Translations under genes and position numbers: made by a program
Source of the DNA: Candidatus Latescibacterota bacterium
GTDB lineage: Bacteria > Latescibacterota > UBA2968
Assembly: GCA_965207885.1 (NCBI GenBank)
Contig: OZ242311.1
Coordinates: forward strand, 5,920,001 to 5,984,000
Direction: 5' to 3'
DNA: 64,000 nucleotides
Shown here: positions 27,937 through 37,704 of the stretch, piece after piece
Numbering within the stretch: position 1 is the stretch's first letter
Layout: each line of letters opens with the position of its first letter
The notes under the pieces: model-generated
What the model was told of the DNA's origin: nothing
The model's input: the letters and a program-made list of their open reading frames with translations, nothing else
Database searches by the model: none

Positions 27937-29758
27937 TGAGTTTTTCCAATTCTCGGCGTGCCAGTTGCGCGACTTGCGGGTCTCCCCGCCAGAGTTCTAT
28001 AAAGCGCGTGTACGCCTGTATGGCTGCGGTTTTTTCGCCGTTGTCTCGATGGGCTTTTCCCAGGTTAAAATACGCTTCAGCCCAATTTGGGCGCAATGCT
28101 ATGGCGCGGGCATAAGCAGTAGTTGCCTGTGCGGGGCGGCCCAATTTTTCGCGGACTACGCCCAGGTTGTAGAAAATTTCTGCGTTGGTCGGGTCGAGAA
28201 TGGCTGCTCGTTCAAAGGCCGAATGCGCGTCGGTTATTTGTTCGGCCTGCATTGCCGCGAGTCCTTTGTTCATGTAGGCTTCGACGTAATCAGGTTCTAT
28301 TTCTACTGCTTTTTGATACGCGGTTGTCGCTCCCTTAAAGCGACCCGTTGCGGCGTAGATATTTCCCAGGTTGTTATAGGTCAGGGCACTTTCCCGGATG
28401 GATAGTGCTTTTCGATAAGCTGTTTCGGCCTGGGATATCCGACCGCGTTCGGATAGGGCATCGCCCAGGGCGTGTTGCATTTTCGCGCTTTCGGGATACG
28501 CTGTTACTGCACTTTGATAAAGTGTTAAGTCGTCTCGCCAGTCCGCGTTTCGGATAATGGTCCGGGTGCTATAGGCCACGAGAATGAGGGCGGCGAGAGC
28601 AATGGCGACCGTTTTTCGTTGTTTTTCAAGGTGTTCAAATCCCAGGCCAAACAGTGCGAACACACCGAGGACGGGGATGTATAGAAATCGCTCCTGGAAA
28701 ATGGCGTTGATCAATACGAGTGTTTGCGATACGGCTGAATAGGGTACAAAGAATAATGATAGAGCAAAAAATACGCAGGGCCAGCGCTTGTAAAAAGCAC
28801 CTGCCCACAATAATAGTCCTGCGATGCCGAGGATTATGCCCGCTGTTGCTTCGGGTGTGAGTATAGAGGTGATGACGGGTATGGCGCTGTAAGAGTAATC
28901 TACGGATAATTTGATGGGAAACAAAATGAGAATGCAGTATTTCCAAAAGAGTCCGGCGGCTGTCAAGAGTCTGTGGTCGAGGGGCTGGTCTATGAGTGGA
29001 TTGTTGAGAGCGAGTATATTTTCGGCTGAGAATCCCAGATTCGCAGCGACTTTTCGCATGGTTAGATAGATGACAAAAATCCCGATGAAGCCAGCCCAGC
29101 GCACGCTGCGCTGCCACAGGAGATTGCGTATCCCATTCCCGTGGGACAGGGTTAGATCGACGGCGATGACCAGCCCCAGTAAGACTATCGCGCTTTCTTT
29201 GGAGAGCAAGGCGAGAAAGAATCCCGCGAGGGCCAATCCGTAGTACTTTTCCGCGCCCCGGTTGTGCCAGAAGATGTACAGGAGCAGGGTTGTTAGAGAA
29301 AACAGGCCAGCCAATAGATCTGCGCGCCCAAATGTTATGCCGGCGACGACTTCGGCATGGATGGGATGTACGGCAAATAGCAGTGCGGCCAGGATTGCGC
29401 CCCGCTTCAAGCCCAGATTCAGGCAGAGGAGATAGGCGAGGAGGCTGTTGACCATGTGCAGGATTGTATTGGTCAGGTGAAATCGGAAGGGCCAGATCCC
29501 TCCCAGGCCATCCAGCATAAAAGACAGGACTGTGAGGGGACGATATTGTCCATTGATATTGGCTTCGCCTTCATATCCGGCCCAGTAGTGCGTGGTTAAA
29601 ATGCCCCACACATCGGCTTCGCGCAGCAAGCGGTTGCGCTCGATCAGGAAGTGGTCGTCATAGACCAATCCGTTGCTCAGGCTGTTTGCGAATACCAGAA
29701 AGGCCGCCAACCCCACGGCGACAAGAGGATAGGTTTTCCCGCGTTGATTTACAGGCAT
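27914..29758 (-). CDS. TMTC-like protein O-mannosyltransferase (GT-C + DUF1736 + TPR)
   Basis: LVYDD, YRPLTVLSF, HPIHAEVV...GRADLL, LLSKE, LSVDYS, ERFLYIP, RNADW, C-terminal TPRs. Confidence 0.85.
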   Translation of the reverse strand: MPVNQRGKTYPLVAVGLAAFLVFANSLSNGLVYDDHFLIERNRLLREADVWGILTTHYWAGYEGEANINGQYRPLTVLSFMLDGLGGIWPFRFHLTNTILHMVNSLLAYLLCLNLGLKRGAILAALLFAVHPIHAEVVAGITFGRADLLAGLFSLTTLLLYIFWHNRGAEKYYGLALAGFFLALLSKESAIVLLGLVIAVDLTLSHGNGIRNLLWQRSVRWAGFIGIFVIYLTMRKVAANLGFSAENILALNNPLIDQPLDHRLLTAAGLFWKYCILILFPIKLSVDYSYSAIPVITSILTPEATAGIILGIAGLLLWAGAFYKRWPCVFFALSLFFVPYSAVSQTLVLINAIFQERFLYIPVLGVFALFGLGFEHLEKQRKTVAIALAALILVAYSTRTIIRNADWRDDLTLYQSAVTAYPESAKMQHALGDALSERGRISQAETAYRKALSIRESALTYNNLGNIYAATGRFKGATTAYQKAVEIEPDYVEAYMNKGLAAMQAEQITDAHSAFERAAILDPTNAEIFYNLGVVREKLGRPAQATTAYARAIALRPNWAEAYFNLGKAHRDNGEKTAAIQAYTRFIELWRGDPQVAQLARRELEKLNETPPSR

Positions 29759-29860
29759 TTTTTGTACAGAATACAAAGGGCGATTGCCAGGGTGCAACCC
29801 CGGCAGTCGCCCAAAAAGTGTACAAACTATGGTCATCGCAGAAGTTGCGATAGCCGCTCG

Positions 29861-30859
29861 TTAGAACGTGCCGCCTATTGATATGCGCAGGGGCGAGTCA
29901 AACAGGGCTATGCCGTCGATATCCTTCAGCAGCGAATAGGACACATCTACCACGAAGGTGCGTCCGCCTACTGTTTGCTTGACACCAGCGCCAAAGGCAA
30001 AGGACTCGAGATCGTAGTTCCACTTATAGCCCGCGCGCACAGCTACCAGGTTCTGGACCCAGAGTTCTGCGCCAAAGTGATAGCGTTGCTCGAAATCTAC
30101 GGGAAATACGCTCTCGGCCGCCAGCGTCAAATAGGTCGGATCGCCTTTTTCGCCATAAACTTCGGCGGCCAGGCCCATGTTGTAGGTCAGGGGCATCAGG
30201 TAGGAGAATGCCTCTTCCCTGGATTTCTGATCTGGTCCGAAGTTTTTGAACGACATTGCCACGCGCAGGCTTCTAAACCCGGTGTAGAAATGACTGCCCA
30301 GGTCTATGGTAAATGTGCTGGTTTTTTGCGTGTAGAGTTTTTCCTGCACATAGTTGGCTTTGGCACTGAACGAGAATTTGTCTGTGAATTTTATGGCGTA
30401 GAGCAAGCCCACCGCCATGTAGTTCACATCGACAAACTGACCCGTTCCACTCGGCTGGAAGATGGTGGTTTCTTCAATGGGTTCGACCTGCTGTGTGATC
30501 AGGCTGATACCCAGAACTTCACCTCGAGACGAGTGGGTGTTGAAGACGGCTGCCGCCGAATACAGTTCTGTGCCTGCCAGCCACTTGGTGTAATTGGCCT
30601 GATAGGCGAATTTTTCCACGTGGGTTAGCCCGGCGCCGTTCCAGAAGATGGCGTTGATATCATCGGCAATTGCCGTGTATGAATCACCCATCCCCACGGC
30701 ACGAGCACCCTGTCCGATTTTCAAAAACTGCATGCCTGCGATGTTGACCTTCTTGACCCCTTCGATCGCGGTTACGCCTTCATATTCAAGCCCCAGAGCG
30801 GGACTGGCGATCAGCAGCAGGCTCAGGAACGCTGTAAGTATGAGATTTTTCTGTTTCAC
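29861..30859 (-). CDS. PorV/PorQ-family (UPF0164) outer-membrane beta-barrel
   Basis: QFLKIGQGARAVGMGD, AIFWN.AGL, C-terminal ISIGGTF. Confidence 0.85.
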   Translation of the reverse strand: MKQKNLILTAFLSLLLIASPALGLEYEGVTAIEGVKKVNIAGMQFLKIGQGARAVGMGDSYTAIADDINAIFWNGAGLTHVEKFAYQANYTKWLAGTELYSAAAVFNTHSSRGEVLGISLITQQVEPIEETTIFQPSGTGQFVDVNYMAVGLLYAIKFTDKFSFSAKANYVQEKLYTQKTSTFTIDLGSHFYTGFRSLRVAMSFKNFGPDQKSREEAFSYLMPLTYNMGLAAEVYGEKGDPTYLTLAAESVFPVDFEQRYHFGAELWVQNLVAVRAGYKWNYDLESFAFGAGVKQTVGGRTFVVDVSYSLLKDIDGIALFDSPLRISIGGTF

Positions 30860-30877
30860 AATGAATACCTCCTTCGG

Positions 30878-33310
30878 CTACTTAATCACCACAAAAGTAC
30901 CGCGCTGGATCTTGTTTTCGCTGCCCGGGGTTTCGGATACGACGACGAAGTAGTACAGTCCGGTCTGGATTTCGCCAGCCAGATTGTACGTCACCTGCCG
31001 AAACGAGGCTTCGCCCCGGTCTGGATTATCGTGCGAGACGGTATAGACCCTGTCTCCGGAAGCCGAAAAGATGTGGATTTTGCACTTTTGGGGAATCCCC
31101 ACAAAGCGCAGATTTCGGCTTCTGGGATATTGGTGCTTGCCATCCACGAAATAGGGATTTGGCACCACCGTTACTTTTCGGTCGAGCTGATCGGTTTCGG
31201 TAGTGGTCGGCTGGAAGGGCCGTCTGTCATCGGCGTCGTAGGTGCGCGCAGTGGCAGGTCCCCAACCGCTTTCGTACCCACCCGTGGCATTGGCGCGCGC
31301 CCTGCCCGTGGGCAGATCTCCTATCGCCATTCCACCGCCCATCCAGTCGCTATATCCGCTGTTGTAGGGTCGCACCGAGTAGTGGTATGCAAACCCGGCG
31401 GCCGTATCCAGATCTTCATACGTGTATTTCCCGCCAGAGAGCGACCACTGGCCGTTGAGGCTGGAACCGCTTTGCCCCTTCAACACGGTGTCGTGCAATT
31501 TCCAGGGACCCCATCCGAACCAGGTGGAGCGATAGACGCGGTAGCCCGCGATGTCCTGTTGTCCGGTGTAGGGATTGACCGCGCGGTCGGCGTCGTCGAT
31601 CCACGAAATCTGTTGGCGGGCAAATCCGCTGGAAGTCAGGTCATCGGCGGCGATAAATGCATTCGTCGGTGCCGGTGGATGGTGGAAATTGGAGTCGTAA
31701 ATAAAGTGCGCGAGTTGCAAATTCTCAAATGCCGCTTGCTCGCCCAGGGTTTTGAATTCCTGGATCTTTGTTTCTACCGACACATCCGAACGGTCCCAGG
31801 TCAGTATATCCTGGTTCTTTATCTGAGCCGGGTGACCGGCGACATAAGCCATCACGATCTTGGCACTTTCGCCTGCCTGAAGCGTGTACGGACCATAGAC
31901 TTGCGAGAAAATGTAAAATTTTCGGTCATCTACATTGCTCTCGTTCGGGTTGTCTTTGACGCCCCCTTTTAACATGGCACCATACATCTGCGACTCGGTG
32001 TCTTTTTCCGTATAGGGATCGTCAAAGTCGTCTTTGGACCGCGCCTGCCACCACTGCGCCGAGAAGGGCTGGTCGCCCTGTGGCTGGACGTATTTGCCCA
32101 TGTCCCGGGTGTTAAAGGCGTGTAGCCCCGGTGCATCGGTAAACGCGATGGGCGCCATCACGATGTGTTGCGGTGCGCGAAGTTGGCCTTCGGATGCATC
32201 AACCGCATCCGAATCGGTATGGCCCAGTCGTTTGAAATACGGGTCGCCCGTGTCGTCGTATGGCGACAATGGGTTGTCGGAATCGCGGAAAATGCTGGCT
32301 TTATACCCGGGGTCAAACGCACCCGCGTAGTTGCTCGCATCGGAATAAAAATAAATATCATCCACACCGCGACCACCCGACGTCACATAACCATCCCAGC
32401 CAAAGGCTTGCATAACGCCCATTGCTGCGGACACCCAGGAGTTTACAAACGAGAAGTAGATATCGTGCTGCGTAGGCGTGCCGCCGGGATTGTCTTCCTG
32501 CCCATCCCCGTCGAAATCACCCGTGTTGGTGAAGGTCAGATCGACGAGATAAAAATCGTCGAAGTCCGGATGGCTCCAATTATAGACCCGCCGCGTTACC
32601 TGAATGCCCTGTTTGATGTGTACCCAGCGGGTGATGATGGTTTCTTCGGGGAGCGACAGATCGACGATATAGCCACTCAGATTGTAGTTTCCAATGACCA
32701 GGGGACTGGTTTTGGAGGGATCTAACTCGGTCCCGTAATAGCTTCCGAAATCTGCCTGTGTTACACCGGGCCAGTAATTGGACAGCCACGGTTCTGATCC
32801 ACCGCCGCTCCAGCCGCCCGAAGTGGCAAGTACGTTTGAGGCATCTCCGAGTGTCCGCAGTGGGTTGGGGACGCCCCAGTGTTCTTCTTCGTTGCCTTTG
32901 GGATCATAAGGCAATGGACGAATAAAATCCCTGATCCACGGCGAAGGTCGTGGCCCGGTCAAACTGATTTGTCCGTCGGATGTCAAAATCCACAAACCAT
33001 CGCCCATCGAGGTTTTGTAGTCGTTATAGACCTGGGATTTTGGTCCGCTTGTGAATTGGGACAACACCTGTCCGAAGGAACCCGGTCCCACGCCATTGTG
33101 GGGATAGGCATTTCGGTCGCCGCCGCGGTTAATTTCGGGGCTGCCTCCCTGGATGCCCATGTTGTTCCAGGAATTGGAGATCAATGCCCTGGTGTTTTCC
33201 CTGAAAGGGATTATGTTCGGGTCGAATTGCGCTGTGGCATCGGTAGCTATAATAGCTCCCACCGCGGCGCATATTGCGACCCATCCTGTAAAAATTTTAA
33301 ATCGCGTCAT
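30878..33310 (-). CDS. Secreted protein with FN3-like domain and T9SS-type C-terminal sorting domain
   Basis: Signal peptide; DFDGDG Ca-loop; GYRVYRS...YEDLD...YHYSV; VTVVPNPY...IHIFSASGDRV...GLYYFVV...GTFVVIK. Confidence 0.75.
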   Translation of the reverse strand: MTRFKIFTGWVAICAAVGAIIATDATAQFDPNIIPFRENTRALISNSWNNMGIQGGSPEINRGGDRNAYPHNGVGPGSFGQVLSQFTSGPKSQVYNDYKTSMGDGLWILTSDGQISLTGPRPSPWIRDFIRPLPYDPKGNEEEHWGVPNPLRTLGDASNVLATSGGWSGGGSEPWLSNYWPGVTQADFGSYYGTELDPSKTSPLVIGNYNLSGYIVDLSLPEETIITRWVHIKQGIQVTRRVYNWSHPDFDDFYLVDLTFTNTGDFDGDGQEDNPGGTPTQHDIYFSFVNSWVSAAMGVMQAFGWDGYVTSGGRGVDDIYFYSDASNYAGAFDPGYKASIFRDSDNPLSPYDDTGDPYFKRLGHTDSDAVDASEGQLRAPQHIVMAPIAFTDAPGLHAFNTRDMGKYVQPQGDQPFSAQWWQARSKDDFDDPYTEKDTESQMYGAMLKGGVKDNPNESNVDDRKFYIFSQVYGPYTLQAGESAKIVMAYVAGHPAQIKNQDILTWDRSDVSVETKIQEFKTLGEQAAFENLQLAHFIYDSNFHHPPAPTNAFIAADDLTSSGFARQQISWIDDADRAVNPYTGQQDIAGYRVYRSTWFGWGPWKLHDTVLKGQSGSSLNGQWSLSGGKYTYEDLDTAAGFAYHYSVRPYNSGYSDWMGGGMAIGDLPTGRARANATGGYESGWGPATARTYDADDRRPFQPTTTETDQLDRKVTVVPNPYFVDGKHQYPRSRNLRFVGIPQKCKIHIFSASGDRVYTVSHDNPDRGEASFRQVTYNLAGEIQTGLYYFVVVSETPGSENKIQRGTFVVIK

Positions 33311-33331
33311 ATTGTTCCTCGCCCTCCTTAA

Positions 33332-33420
33332 TGCCTGCCTGTGCCTGCCAAGGATTCACTGGCAGGCAGGGGTTTCGGAAAGGGTATGCGAGTGGGCACA
33401 AGACCCACTCGCACAACCCG
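33332..33420 (-). terminator. Two intra-operon stem-loops (processing, stability or attenuation)
   Basis: CCTGCC..GGCAGG and TGCGAGTGGG..CCCACTCGCA hairpins between the receptor and cargo genes. Confidence 0.5.
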
Positions 33421-36400
33421 CTACCAGTTAAATCGCACGCCTACCTGGGTCAACCTGGGTGTGTGCGCGTAAGTGCGATCGCGCACGTCGCCGTATTGCA
33501 GGTAGGTGCTGTCGGTCGGTCGGGGTCCGTCAACCCCGTAGTAGGTATAGTCATTCCTGTTGGTCGGGCTTGTCCGGTCTTTCTGATTAAACATATTGCG
33601 TATATCCAGGAAAACCGAGGTCTGAACTCGGGATGTCATAGCAAAGGACCTTTCCAATGCCAGGTCTGTGCGAGAGTCCATAGCCAGTTCGCGGTAGGGC
33701 CGCACGCCACCTTCTGGCGGGGCATAGCGGAACAATCCTCCCGTTTCAACCCGCGTGACCAGGTTGATGCGCATGTTGCGCAATACTCTGCTGACGATGG
33801 CACCGCCCCGTTCGTAATCGGCCGGGAAGGATGCCAGCATTGAGGCGGTTCCAAATTGCCGTCGATCTCCCCCGCGCGGTTTCAGGAATAGCTGGGTATA
33901 ACCGCCGGTGAGCAGGTAAATGCCCTTGCCTTTGGTCGGTCCCTCGAGGGGGCGCAGGCCATCCCATTCGCCCGTGCCCAGGGTCTTGCCATAAGCCTGA
34001 TTCACAGTAGCGGACTCGTATCGACGGTTGGCCTGCCCAGCAATCAGGTCGATGTCTTCCTGCGACATCAGCCTGGGTACTTCGCTGCCCGAGGGGTGGG
34101 GATCCCATTCTACCCACAAATCGGGAACCGGTACGCCGAATTCGGGATGCGTATAGGCGATGTTGACGGCGGCTTTTCTCGTGCCTTCCTCGTCCATATA
34201 GATATTGCGTATCACGTTGCCGCGCTTGCCCGTGGTAAACGACGCCCACTGGTAGTTGTAGGACAAATTGAACGAGAAATTGTGGCTGAACCGCTTGCGC
34301 AATGCGAGTTCCACGCCCCGCGTATCCCCATAAGCACCGTTGTCCAGGGTGCGGGAATAGCGAATGCGACTGATATACGGGCCCTGCCAGGTTTCGTTGG
34401 GATAGTGGGTGAATTGCTCGACCTCAGAGCGATAATAAGCCGTTAGCGCTAAGGTATAGTCCGAAACAAAGTTCCAGTCTGCACCCACTTCAAATGCCGT
34501 GGTTTTGGCGGGGCGCAACAGGTGCGTGCCATTTCGACCGCTATAAGTCGTTTCCAGGTTGTTGTAGCGCTCTGTGTCGTCGATGCGACCGTTGCCGTTG
34601 ACATCTCTGTCTTCGGCTTTGCCCGCTACCCAGAAGTCTTCGCCAAAGTAGAACCAAAGGTCAGCCCATTGCAGGTAAACACCCGACGAGAACCGGAACT
34701 GCGCCCGTTCGGTGATGGGATGCGAAATTCCGATGCGGGGGCTAAATACCACGTGCCAGGGGGCTTGTGTTGACCAGATCGATCCTTCATTATAGGCGTA
34801 ATCTCGCGCCAGATTGGGTCTGCGGAACATTTCGGAACCGCGGGCACTACCGAACGTTATTCTGCGGGCATTGGGATTGAAAGCATCCATGCGCAATCCC
34901 AGGTTCACGATCATGCCCTCAAATTCCATCTTGTCCTGCACGTAAGCATTGATGGAATACGGCTTGACGCCTTCCTCTCCGAATCGACCTTCATCTGCCA
35001 CAAACATCAGGTGTCGATCCGCAGGGGTGGCATTGGCGATGATCATCATCATGATGTCCCGGCGCATAAATTCAATACCGCCCTTGAGCAGGTGGCCCTT
35101 TGTAACCTGAGAGGTCATATCTACCTTCAAGCCCAGGCGGTTGCGGTCTGCCACTTTCCAGCGGGCAGCTGTTCGCCCGGTGTTAAACCAGTTGGCGTCG
35201 CCCCTGTTGTTGACCGATGTTGCGTGATATACGCCGCTGGTATCTGTTAATGAGCGGCTGCGCGAGATGCGCACTTCGTAAAATGTTTTGGGCGAGAGTG
35301 TGTGGGTTACGACCAGATATTGCATTTCTTCGCTTTCCATGCGCTTTCCAGCCCCCGACCAATCTGGCGGCAAAAACAGATCCCGACCACCGTTGCCGAG
35401 ACCCCGGTGTACGCCCGGAAGCGAATCTGCCGTGCGGATATAGGGATCGGCCACGCCGTCTGACCAGTATTCATATCCCTGGTAAAGCCCACCTAATTTG
35501 AGCTTCAGATTTGGGCTTGGTCTAAAGGTGAAGCTGCCGGAAAGCGTCAGGTTGTCCGGTCCCGTGGGGATAAATCTGTTGAGGTCGTTGTAAAATCCCG
35601 TCTGCTTGGATCCCGGATAGCGATTGGCTAAACGGCCGTGTTTTGCCGTGGCGACAAAGGAGACATTGGTGCCAATGGGACCCGAGAGATTTGCCTCTGC
35701 ATCCCAACCGCTGACCTCTGTGTAGTCCTCTCGAATATGCAGGGGTTCGCCAGCTAATTCTGTCAGTATCTGGTTGTCCAAACCCAGATCGGGGCGCCGT
35801 TCCGTCAGCCAGTTGGGATTGTCCCACTGCATTTTGTCCTGATGTTGGGGGGCGTCATAGACATTCATACCCCAGTGCTTTTTCCCGGCAGGCTCATAGC
35901 GAAATTCGCCCCAGCCATTGTACTGATTGCCGCCGTCTTTTGTCACGATTTGCACCACACCGGCCTGTGCATTGCCAAATTCGGCGGGTGTTACACCGGT
36001 GAGTACGGACAATTCCTGGATTGCCCCGCGGTTCACGGTTCGGAACTGCCCGCCAGCACCGCGGCCATCGTTGTAGTTTATCCGTATGCCATCGACCATA
36101 TAGGCCACGTCGCTGCCCCATACAACATCGCTGTAACCAGATCCGGGGCCGCCAACTCGGCTGCCGCGCAAGCGGTTGCTACCATCTACTGCCACGCCGG
36201 GCTGCAATTGCAAAAGCTCGGATGTGTTGCGCACGATGCTCAAAAGGCGTTCGGTTTCTTCAACGGTTACGGTGTATTTACTCGTGGTTTTGTCCGGTTC
36301 CACGAGTGGACGGTCGGCCACGACGACCAGTTCGCCGAGTTCTACAGCGGCTTCTTTGAGCGAGAAATTCACGGTGACGGTCTGATCGACGATGATCAGC

Positions 36401-36675
36401 ACGTCCTGAACCTGGACGGTCTCATAACCGACGAGAGAGCCGGTGAGGGTGACGCGCCCCGGGTCTGCCTGGATAATTGCGTAATACCCATCGGCATCGG
36501 TGACAGCGCCGCGCTGAGTGCCTTTGATCACTACGTTGGCTCCCGGCAGTGGTTGTCCGCTGTTATCTCGCACAACCCCGTTGATCTTACCCGTGCTACC
36601 CGCCCACAGGTCGCCGGTTCCGGCAAGCAGGAAACCAACAGTCAGAAAACTGAAAAACAACAGTCTGTGCTTCAT
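33421..36675 (-). CDS. TonB-dependent receptor with carboxypeptidase-regulatory-like N-domain
   Basis: STGKINGVV...PLPGANVVI..GAVTDADG, LQPGV, AEFGNAQAGVVQIVTK, YVQDKMEF, C-terminal VGVRFNW. Confidence 0.9.
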   Translation of the reverse strand: MKHRLLFFSFLTVGFLLAGTGDLWAGSTGKINGVVRDNSGQPLPGANVVIKGTQRGAVTDADGYYAIIQADPGRVTLTGSLVGYETVQVQDVLIIVDQTVTVNFSLKEAAVELGELVVVADRPLVEPDKTTSKYTVTVEETERLLSIVRNTSELLQLQPGVAVDGSNRLRGSRVGGPGSGYSDVVWGSDVAYMVDGIRINYNDGRGAGGQFRTVNRGAIQELSVLTGVTPAEFGNAQAGVVQIVTKDGGNQYNGWGEFRYEPAGKKHWGMNVYDAPQHQDKMQWDNPNWLTERRPDLGLDNQILTELAGEPLHIREDYTEVSGWDAEANLSGPIGTNVSFVATAKHGRLANRYPGSKQTGFYNDLNRFIPTGPDNLTLSGSFTFRPSPNLKLKLGGLYQGYEYWSDGVADPYIRTADSLPGVHRGLGNGGRDLFLPPDWSGAGKRMESEEMQYLVVTHTLSPKTFYEVRISRSRSLTDTSGVYHATSVNNRGDANWFNTGRTAARWKVADRNRLGLKVDMTSQVTKGHLLKGGIEFMRRDIMMMIIANATPADRHLMFVADEGRFGEEGVKPYSINAYVQDKMEFEGMIVNLGLRMDAFNPNARRITFGSARGSEMFRRPNLARDYAYNEGSIWSTQAPWHVVFSPRIGISHPITERAQFRFSSGVYLQWADLWFYFGEDFWVAGKAEDRDVNGNGRIDDTERYNNLETTYSGRNGTHLLRPAKTTAFEVGADWNFVSDYTLALTAYYRSEVEQFTHYPNETWQGPYISRIRYSRTLDNGAYGDTRGVELALRKRFSHNFSFNLSYNYQWASFTTGKRGNVIRNIYMDEEGTRKAAVNIAYTHPEFGVPVPDLWVEWDPHPSGSEVPRLMSQEDIDLIAGQANRRYESATVNQAYGKTLGTGEWDGLRPLEGPTKGKGIYLLTGGYTQLFLKPRGGDRRQFGTASMLASFPADYERGGAIVSRVLRNMRINLVTRVETGGLFRYAPPEGGVRPYRELAMDSRTDLALERSFAMTSRVQTSVFLDIRNMFNQKDRTSPTNRNDYTYYGVDGPRPTDSTYLQYGDVRDRTYAHTPRLTQVGVRFNW

Positions 36676-36703
36676 AGCACGACCTCCTTAAAGGGTGAAT
36701 GGG

Positions 36704-37417
36704 TTAACGCCAGAAATAAAACTTAACTCCGGCTCCTATATCGAAGAACATTAACGGGCGAGCGCGTTCCAACTCGTAAAAGAGCATGGGTCTCAATTCG
36801 CCCACGACAAAGTTTAAGCGCCCGCGCACATCCAGACTGATATTATCGGTGACAAATGCCTCCATACCCGCACCCGTGGTGAGTGCTATGGTGGTGCGTT
36901 TGTCGATTTGCGGATCCATTACGGTATTTAAGTCGATTGGATCGCTGGTTTGAGCCGGCCACACCAGGTTGCTGTTTTCGGCGTTATAGCGGAAAAAACC
37001 ACCGCCGAGGGCTATGTAATGGCGATAGTCTTTTGCCCGAAATCCGTGTTGCCGGTTCTCTTCGCCCACAAAGACGAGCGCGTTTACGGCTACGCTGTTG
37101 AACGTCATTGTCGATGAGGCGTTGGGGCTGGTGTATTCAAGGCCGTCAATAGGATATACAAACGGTTTGGACGCGAGTTTCCCGTTGTCGAATTTGGAAT
37201 AGTGGTATTCCACTTCAACGGTTACCAGTTCGCTCGCCACATAGTTCACGTTTATGCCGTATTTCCCCGCCTGGTCATAGCGGTCCCGCAAATTGGACAG
37301 GGGTACGTGGTAATTGGCAAATCCACCGAGACCCCACCCGTTCTGCTGGGCAAATAAATCACCCGATGCAAGTACCAGTAATACGCTTGCGAGAAAAGAA
37401 GTCAACGTGCGTGTCAT
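36704..37417 (-). CDS. Small outer-membrane beta-barrel (OmpA-TM/porin-like)
   Basis: Signal peptide, alternating beta-strands, terminal GAGVKFYFWR. Confidence 0.75.
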   Translation of the reverse strand: MTRTLTSFLASVLLVLASGDLFAQQNGWGLGGFANYHVPLSNLRDRYDQAGKYGINVNYVASELVTVEVEYHYSKFDNGKLASKPFVYPIDGLEYTSPNASSTMTFNSVAVNALVFVGEENRQHGFRAKDYRHYIALGGGFFRYNAENSNLVWPAQTSDPIDLNTVMDPQIDKRTTIALTTGAGMEAFVTDNISLDVRGRLNFVVGELRPMLFYELERARPLMFFDIGAGVKFYFWR

Positions 37418-37704
37418 AAACTCTCCTTTCTACAGCTTAAAACTGCGGTGATGCAATTCTTCTGTTATACGTTTGACGAGATACTAAATGTGTTAACCCG
37501 GACTATTCAGTGCATTGGCCTCACCTCATTTCTTTGTTTAGAAATTTTAATAATAAGTAAAAATAAAACTTAACAAAACAATGATTTATATGCCATAATA
37601 CATAATAGCTCCATTGATATAGACATGTCAAATTTTTTTTTAGGCTATTGTAAACTTTTGTAAAAAAATCTCAAATTCCGATTGGAACTTGCGCAGTCGC
37701 GTAA

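Noticed and set aside
37420-37700. AT-rich gap as replication origin or ncRNA
   Set aside because: No DnaA-box cluster or stable structure seen; best explained as the promoter region (TTGACA-18-TATTAT) of the envelope cluster
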